Below, in pieces: positions 57,900-64,000 of a stretch of 64,000 nt of DNA. The DNA comes from an uncultured Desulfatitalea sp. (lineage in GTDB: Bacteria > Desulfobacterota > Desulfobacteria > Desulfobacterales > Desulfosarcinaceae): positions 192,001 through 256,000 of the forward strand of contig CAXXMB010000002.1 of assembly GCA_963668675.2 (NCBI GenBank), in the 5' to 3' direction. A program made the translations under genes and the position numbers. How positions within the stretch are numbered: position 1 is the stretch's first letter; each line of letters begins with the position of its first letter. A model generated the notes under the pieces. It did not search any database. It saw only the letters and a program-made list of their open reading frames with translations, and was not told the origin of the DNA.

Positions 57900-58189
57900 A
57901 AACCGGTTGAAAATTTTCCTGTTTCACAAGAAAATTCTTGTGCCTCAGGAAATTTATACAGAAAAAATTGCCCCCATTTTTAATGTTGAATCTTAGACTT
58001 GATATATAAGCCACTCTTAGGCGCCCTGAGCGGGTGCGAATGGCAACATCATGGTGTCAACCGAGGGCACAACCGACCGGGCCGGCGCATTGACTTACCA
58101 TCCAGTTCCTGCTATATCATCCTGAATAAATAAGAGATTTAATTGGGCCTACAACTTGCCAACCATTCCACTAGCCATTGGAGGTACCG

Positions 58190-60397
58190 ATGAGCGCTGA
58201 GCAGAGGGCCGACCAGGACCGTTTTCTGTTTGAAGTATCAAAGCAACGTTTCAAAGTCGTCGATTTCTCTGCACGCGAGGCGCTGTCCGAACCCTACGAG
58301 GTGATGCTTACCCTGGCCAGCAAGGATGAGATTCCCATCGACGATATGATTCAGAAAGAGGCCCTGCTGACAATATACGGCTCGGAATCGGAACGCTACT
58401 TTCACGGAATGGTCAACTCCTTTCGGATGGCCGGCAGCAGCGGCCGCTTTATGCTTTACAAGGCGATCGTCGTACCCACTCTCTGGACGCTCTCTCTCGA
58501 ACAGGATTGCCGTATATTCCAGGAGATGACGGTTAAGGATATCGTCACTGAGATTTTGGAGGACGCCGGCATCAAATCGGATCGCTACAAATTCCAGTTG
58601 AAGGAGACATATCCCGAGAGGAACTACTGCGTCCAATATCGAGAGACCGACCTCGACTTCATCACCCGCCTGTTGGAAGAGGAGGGCATCTTCTACTACT
58701 TCGAGCACCAGGAGAATCAACATTGCATCGTCTTCGGGGACAGCACGGTCAACTACAACCCCATTGAAGGTGTCCAAAACAGTAGCAAACAGGTGGAGCT
58801 GCTCTACCAGTCCGATGCCGAAATGGTGCACCTGGAAGAGACGGTGTTACGCTTTCACCCTTGCGCCCGGATCACCTCGGGCACGTATACCCACAGGGAT
58901 TACAATTTCCTTCAACCCTCGCTCAAACTCAGCGGGACCAAGGAGGAGAGCACCTTTAAAAAGTTGGAGCGGTACGATTATCCCGGCGGCTTCGCTGACG
59001 AACAGAGAGGCAACCAACTGGCCCGCAACCGATTGGAGGAGGCCGGACGCCTCAGGAGCTCGGCCGAGGGAAAGAGCAGCTGCCCCAGATTGGTTCCCGG
59101 CTTCACCTTCAAGCTCTCAGTGCAGGAGATGCCCGAACTTGAGAAGGAGTATGTGCTGATCCGCACCATCCACTCCGGATCTCAGCCCCAGGTGCTGGAG
59201 GAGCTCAGCTTGACCGGCGACGGGTTCAGCTACGGCAACGAGTTCCAGTGCATCCCCTCGGAGATGGTTTTTCGACCCGAGTTCAAAGCGCCGAAGCCCT
59301 ACGTCAGGGGCATCCAGACCGCCATCGTCGTCGGCCCCAAAGGAGAAGAGATCTACACCGATGAACATGGGCGCGTGAAGGTTCAGTTTCATTGGGACCG
59401 GCTCGGGGACAACGATGAAAAGAGCTCGTGCTGGATACGGGTCAGTCAGATCTGGGCAGGCGCCGGATGGGGCGCCATGCATATCCCGCGCATCGGCCAG
59501 GAGGTGGTGGTCGATTTCCTCGAGGGCGATCCCGACCAGCCGGTGATCACCGGCCGCCTCTACCACGGAAGCAACACCCCGCCGTACAAGCTCCCGGACG
59601 AAAAGACCAAAAGCACCCTCATGTCCAAGACGACCCCCAACGCCAAGACCCACAACGAACTGTTGATGGAGGATAAGGTCAACGAAACTCGCGTGGTGCT
59701 CTCCAATGCCTATGGCCATAAAATCACCATGGATGAAAAGGATCAGTTCCTCTGCATCGAGACGCGCGACGGGAACAAGGTGACCTTCGACGACAAGAAC
59801 AAGCACATCAACGCCGTCACCACACAGAACCACAACGTGCTGATCAGCGATGAGAAGAAGAAGATCAACATCACATCCACCGCTGGCCACATGCTCGAAA
59901 TTGATGATGAGAATCAAAAAATGGTGGCCAAGACCGTCAATGGCAACATCATCACCATGGACGACAACGGTCAAAAGATCGAAGTGGCCACCGAAGTTGG
60001 CGGCCACTCGATGGTGATGAACGACAAAACCATCAGCGTCACCAGCGGCGGCGGCCACTCGATCACTCTGGACGACGGTGGCGGCGGCAACGGGGTGAGT
60101 CTCCAGGATACCAACGGCAACAAAGTGGAAATCGACAGCAGCGGGAACAAAATGGTCATCGAAGCCCAGGGCGGTATCGATATCACTACCGACGGCGATC
60201 TGAATCTGAAGGCGGCCAACATCAAACTCGATGCGGATATCGATCTGAAAATGAATGCCGGCGCGAACGTATCGTCCGAGGCGGGAATCGAACACAAGTC
60301 CAAAGGCAATATGTTGACGTCGGAGGCTATGGGCACCGCCGAATTTAAAAGCAGCGGCATGACCAATATCAGCGGGGCGGTCGTCAAAATCAATTAA
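58190..60397 (+). CDS. vgrG: Type VI secretion tip protein VgrG/TssI with beta-helical C-terminal repeats
   Basis: EALSEPY, CRIFQ, YCVQYRETDLDFITRLLEEEGIFYYFEH, EIYTDEHGRVKVQFHWDR, IPRIGQEVVVDFLEGDPDQP. Confidence 0.96.
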   Translation: MSAEQRADQDRFLFEVSKQRFKVVDFSAREALSEPYEVMLTLASKDEIPIDDMIQKEALLTIYGSESERYFHGMVNSFRMAGSSGRFMLYKAIVVPTLWTLSLEQDCRIFQEMTVKDIVTEILEDAGIKSDRYKFQLKETYPERNYCVQYRETDLDFITRLLEEEGIFYYFEHQENQHCIVFGDSTVNYNPIEGVQNSSKQVELLYQSDAEMVHLEETVLRFHPCARITSGTYTHRDYNFLQPSLKLSGTKEESTFKKLERYDYPGGFADEQRGNQLARNRLEEAGRLRSSAEGKSSCPRLVPGFTFKLSVQEMPELEKEYVLIRTIHSGSQPQVLEELSLTGDGFSYGNEFQCIPSEMVFRPEFKAPKPYVRGIQTAIVVGPKGEEIYTDEHGRVKVQFHWDRLGDNDEKSSCWIRVSQIWAGAGWGAMHIPRIGQEVVVDFLEGDPDQPVITGRLYHGSNTPPYKLPDEKTKSTLMSKTTPNAKTHNELLMEDKVNETRVVLSNAYGHKITMDEKDQFLCIETRDGNKVTFDDKNKHINAVTTQNHNVLISDEKKKINITSTAGHMLEIDDENQKMVAKTVNGNIITMDDNGQKIEVATEVGGHSMVMNDKTISVTSGGGHSITLDDGGGGNGVSLQDTNGNKVEIDSSGNKMVIEAQGGIDITTDGDLNLKAANIKLDADIDLKMNAGANVSSEAGIEHKSKGNMLTSEAMGTAEFKSSGMTNISGAVVKIN

Positions 60398-60418
60398 GCA
60401 ACTCTTGAGGAGCGATTC

Positions 60419-61510
60419 ATGCCCGGTCCAGCAGCTCGAATCGGAGATCCCACAGCCCATGGCGGGACCATAACCGGCCCAGGATGCCCCACCGTACTGA
60501 TCGGCGGCATGCCGGCGGCCCGCGTCGGTCCGGACATGCACGTCTGTCCCATGGTGACACCCGCCCCGACGCCGGTACCCCATGTGGGCGGCCCCATCAG
60601 CGGGCCGGGAGTCGCCACCGTGCTGATCGGAGGCATGCCGGCGGCCACTTTAGGGGACATGGCTGTGTGCACCGGCCCGCCCAGCACCATTATCATGGGA
60701 TGTCCCACCGTACTCATCGGCACCGGTGGCGGCGGTGGCGGCGGTGGAGGGGGCGGCGGTGTCCCGGCGGTGGCAAGTGCAAGCGCCCTCTCTGCCATAT
60801 CAGCCGAACCCGGCCCCGAAGCGCAAGGCCCCCACTGGTTCGAGTGCCAGTTCGTCGATTCCGCCCAGAAGCCGATTACAGAGGTGCGCTATGAAGTGAC
60901 CGATCCCAGCGACCGCACCGAAAAAGGGATTCTAACCGGCGAAGGCACCATTCGCCGCGGCGGGTTGCCCGATGCCGGGGAGTACAAGATCCAGCTCTTT
61001 GCCGTTTACAATGCCCAGTGGTCCAAGCAGGAGGCCCGCGTCGGGGACCTGATCGATCTCTCGGCCGAAACCGCAGGGTACGCCGACGGAACAGAGGCTC
61101 GCATCGAAATATGGGAAAGGGATATCGACGGCGCCGATGAACTGGCTGCAGAGTTGCAGGCCACCGTCAAAGGCGGGAAAATCAATGCCCAATGGGAGTA
61201 CCAATACAGGGAAGAGCGGGAGGTCTCCTCGGAGCAACAGGGTCCCGAGGGCTATTCCGATCCCGAGCACTACTTCATCGTCCATGTGACCGACGACAAG
61301 ACCCGTTCGGGACAGCTCAAACACCAAGACTATATCGAAATCGAACTGAAAGACCAGGACGACAACCCCATTTCGGATGAGAAGTACATCCTTCATCTGC
61401 CCAACGGTGAAGTGCGCAAAGGTAACCTGAACAGCAACGGCTACAAAAAGGAAGAGAAGCTGCCCCCTGGCAAATACGACATCGAATTCCCCAAATTAAA
61501 GGATGAGTGA
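60419..61510 (+). CDS. PAAR-domain protein with Gly linker and C-terminal beta-sandwich extension
   Basis: PAARIGD..AHGG, PAARVG, PAATLGD; poly-Gly; two D....PI....Y.......G..R.G.L...G modules. Confidence 0.92.
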   Translation: MPGPAARIGDPTAHGGTITGPGCPTVLIGGMPAARVGPDMHVCPMVTPAPTPVPHVGGPISGPGVATVLIGGMPAATLGDMAVCTGPPSTIIMGCPTVLIGTGGGGGGGGGGGGVPAVASASALSAISAEPGPEAQGPHWFECQFVDSAQKPITEVRYEVTDPSDRTEKGILTGEGTIRRGGLPDAGEYKIQLFAVYNAQWSKQEARVGDLIDLSAETAGYADGTEARIEIWERDIDGADELAAELQATVKGGKINAQWEYQYREEREVSSEQQGPEGYSDPEHYFIVHVTDDKTRSGQLKHQDYIEIELKDQDDNPISDEKYILHLPNGEVRKGNLNSNGYKKEEKLPPGKYDIEFPKLKDE

Positions 61511-64000
61511 CGATTTGGGCAAACTGGTTTCCAAACGGGTCAAATTCTACGAAAAGCTTCAGTCGGGACAAAAGCAGACCTTTGTCAAGGCACAGCAGAA
61601 ATTCTACCTGCACCTGAAGATGACCGACCCCAAGCAGCCTCGCCGGCTGATCAACCTGCCTGCAGGTATCCGGGTCCGACTGATGGCCAACGACGCCTCC
61701 CTTGCCAACAGCGGCGCATCCGCCGAGACGGACGCCCAGGGCAAGGTGTGCCTGGCGCCGGACGCCATCACTGCCAAACTGAAGCCCGATTACCACTTCC
61801 GCATCGACCTCGACGAGCGCACATACATCGATGTCGACACGCTCAAACTGGCTCCCAGCAAAAAAATCAAGCGCTTCGACCAGCGCAAACTGTTCGAGCT
61901 GCCCATGGTGGTCGATACGGCCACAGGCGGATTTCACTATGACAGCAACAAGGTGAAGCTCGTCGACGGCAAGTTCAAAAACTACGATTCGAAGAAGAAG
62001 GGCGAAGGCAAGGCCGGCGATCCGCTCGTTCTCGAGCTTCGGTTTTACTGGTACTTCATGAAGTTCACCTACTTCGACCGGATTAAAAACGAGTGGCGCG
62101 ACGTTCCGGCCGAAATGCCGGTGGTTCCAAGGCTCGACGAGAACGACGACTACCTCAACAAATATATCCTGAAAGACTTCCTTGAGTTGGGCTACGTGCT
62201 GGACAGCGAGCCGAAGAAGATTCAGCACTATCTCAATCTGCTTGGCTTTCAGTGCGGTACGGTGGACGGCATCATCGGCCCCAAAACCAGGGCAGGGATC
62301 AAAGCGTTTCAAAAACAGTACGAACTGAAGATCGACGGCATTGCCGGCCCGATCACCCAAAGAACGCTGGAGCAGATCTTCTACCGCCGCAATATCGGGG
62401 TGTACGAAAACGGCCGTTACGCCGTGCCTGTCTGGAAAAAGGGCCTCGCCCTGCCCAAGCCCTACTTCGAGATGGCGCAGCCGGCGCAAATCTGCGCACC
62501 GGCCCTCCAGCTCGTCTCCAGCCGGGAAGCGGCACGTTTCGATCTCTTTCTCTATACGAAAGAGAAGAGCGCCAACCCAATCGTGGTCCCCCGCGAACAG
62601 ATCGCCGAAGACAATAAAAACGTGGCTTACGACAAACTCGACCACACCAAGGCGCGCCTCTATTATGACCTGCCGGTGGAGTGGTCGTCGCGCAACTACT
62701 GGACCCGCTACGACAACAGCATGGACAAGGGCGAACGCTACCAGAAGGTGATGACGGAGAAGGTCAAACTCTACCCGTTCGTCGCCAGTGAAGCCAAGCG
62801 TGCCAAGCCGGTGGTGCCGCTGATCTTCTCCCTGGACGACATCGTCCTGGCGAAAACCGACCGGGATCAGACGATCACCGACCAGGCCGCCGACGGTGCG
62901 TCCAAGGCCCTGGACGACAAGTCGAGATTCGCGCTCTTCTACGTGGATCACGACACCAAAGAGACCGTCGAAGGGAAGCAGAAGAACATGCGGCGGATGA
63001 AAATCCACAAACCGGAGACCGCCCAGCCGGTCTTCACCGATTTCGCCTTTAAATCCAATCTGATCACCGACGTGGCCGGCCACAGTCGGGTGGTTGCCTT
63101 TTGCAGCGGCTTTCACGATGTGACCAACAAGCGGTCCAGCCGCTCCGACCAGGGGTTCAGTTGGGCCAAACAGCATGTGGCCGGAGCGCGCCTGGCCGTT
63201 TTGAACGATCCGGACGTCCATGTCCGCAAGACCGTCAACGCCGGCACGGCCGACGACATCAACAAGGCCTTCGCCCTCAACAATTGCGGCAACTACGAAC
63301 TGCACTACCTTCACAACTGCGCAGAGCTGGACGGTAAAACGTTATCCTATCTCTTTATCTACTGGTCGTGCCGTTTCGAATCCAAAAACAAAGACCCGTG
63401 GAACCGGCCGGTCACACCGGGCGGACAGGCCGGGATCGACAACCACCGCAAAGAGGGCATGGTCAACGCCATGGAGCGGCTGAACAAGAACTATCTCATC
63501 GAAAAGCACAGCGGCGACACCGATATCTTCATTCGGCCCTTCCACTACATGGAGGCCAAGAGCGATGCCAACGGCGGCCGTCACAAGGCGATGGTCAATA
63601 TCGTCGGCAACGGCGGCCCCAATGGGGGCGCCTGGATGACGTTGAACAACGCCCAGCTCCGGCTGAGGGACTACCAGAGCGACCCTCACTACTTCGGCAA
63701 CCCGGACCCTGGAAACAACCTCCAGGACGCCGACGGGAAGAGCTACCAGGTCCTGACCAACCACCATGAGATGGGCCACGCCACCGGCAACTGGGATGAT
63801 TATCTTTACGATTGTGAGGATCTGGGCAAAAGCTGGCCGAATCTCCCCAGGTACAGCCAGACCTATACGGCCGAGGGGGGGCCCTACAGCGAAGACAAAC
63901 TCTCCCGGATGAACAACAACCGCATATCGCGGCTGCGCAACTTCTGGAAATTTGTCTGCTGGCTCAACGACGAGGCCAAAACCGGCCGCGATCTGCACGC
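61503..64000 (+). CDS. Putative T6SS effector (3'-partial): peptidoglycan-binding domain plus HExxH metallopeptidase motif
   Basis: ATG 61503 overlaps the PAAR gene end (MSDDLGKLV...); same frame gives IQHYLNLLGFQCGTVDGIIGPKTRAGIKAFQKQYELKIDGIAGPIT at about 62220-62357 and HEMGHATGNWDDY from 63765; runs off the window. Confidence 0.85.
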   Translation, partial: MSDDLGKLVSKRVKFYEKLQSGQKQTFVKAQQKFYLHLKMTDPKQPRRLINLPAGIRVRLMANDASLANSGASAETDAQGKVCLAPDAITAKLKPDYHFRIDLDERTYIDVDTLKLAPSKKIKRFDQRKLFELPMVVDTATGGFHYDSNKVKLVDGKFKNYDSKKKGEGKAGDPLVLELRFYWYFMKFTYFDRIKNEWRDVPAEMPVVPRLDENDDYLNKYILKDFLELGYVLDSEPKKIQHYLNLLGFQCGTVDGIIGPKTRAGIKAFQKQYELKIDGIAGPITQRTLEQIFYRRNIGVYENGRYAVPVWKKGLALPKPYFEMAQPAQICAPALQLVSSREAARFDLFLYTKEKSANPIVVPREQIAEDNKNVAYDKLDHTKARLYYDLPVEWSSRNYWTRYDNSMDKGERYQKVMTEKVKLYPFVASEAKRAKPVVPLIFSLDDIVLAKTDRDQTITDQAADGASKALDDKSRFALFYVDHDTKETVEGKQKNMRRMKIHKPETAQPVFTDFAFKSNLITDVAGHSRVVAFCSGFHDVTNKRSSRSDQGFSWAKQHVAGARLAVLNDPDVHVRKTVNAGTADDINKAFALNNCGNYELHYLHNCAELDGKTLSYLFIYWSCRFESKNKDPWNRPVTPGGQAGIDNHRKEGMVNAMERLNKNYLIEKHSGDTDIFIRPFHYMEAKSDANGGRHKAMVNIVGNGGPNGGAWMTLNNAQLRLRDYQSDPHYFGNPDPGNNLQDADGKSYQVLTNHHEMGHATGNWDDYLYDCEDLGKSWPNLPRYSQTYTAEGGPYSEDKLSRMNNNRISRLRNFWKFVCWLNDEAKTGRDLH

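Noticed and set aside
59117..60583. 488-aa minus-strand ORF
   Set aside because: Antisense to vgrG/PAAR; typical of GC-rich codon bias, no motifs.
61317..63314. 665-aa minus-strand ORF (and 63342-63998)
   Set aside because: Antisense shadow of the plus-strand effector starting at 61503, which carries recognisable domains.
1..64000. tRNA, rRNA, cas, integrase or prophage genes
   Set aside because: None recognised anywhere in the window.

Overview
This is a 64-kb bacterial chromosomal window. Its gene content looks like an anaerobic Deltaproteobacterium (Desulfobacterota-like), which is inferred rather than proven. 0.3-15 kb is mostly housekeeping: M50 site-2 protease-CBS, universal stress protein, a complete mrpA-G antiporter operon, an AidB-like acyl-CoA dehydrogenase, RsgA, TauE, a divergent MttB-like methyltransferase and dodecin. 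15-41 kb is an accessory region. It holds several large secreted proteins (HExxH protein, S8 protease with a GGGGCFI tail, a 1749-aa repeat/RCC1 protein paired with a Zn-PLC/P1-like protein), attC-like sites around a DUF6516-type toxin-antitoxin pair, a dead IS5, an orphan type I-F CRISPR repeat-spacer unit, REP-containing MITEs, and a 649-bp direct repeat bracketing a hybrid kinase insert. 41-58 kb holds a SDR/flavodoxin-SCP2/MetE-like operon, an SPFH gene coupled to an unusual tandem AAA-AAA-Lon protease fusion (the best candidate for an undescribed system), a sigma54 two-component pair and a TolC-HlyD-ABC2-ABC2 exporter with no ATPase gene. The window ends in a vgrG-PAAR-effector cluster. 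Its effector ORF (peptidoglycan-binding domain plus HEMGH zinc motif) is missing from the ORF track because it runs off the window edge.
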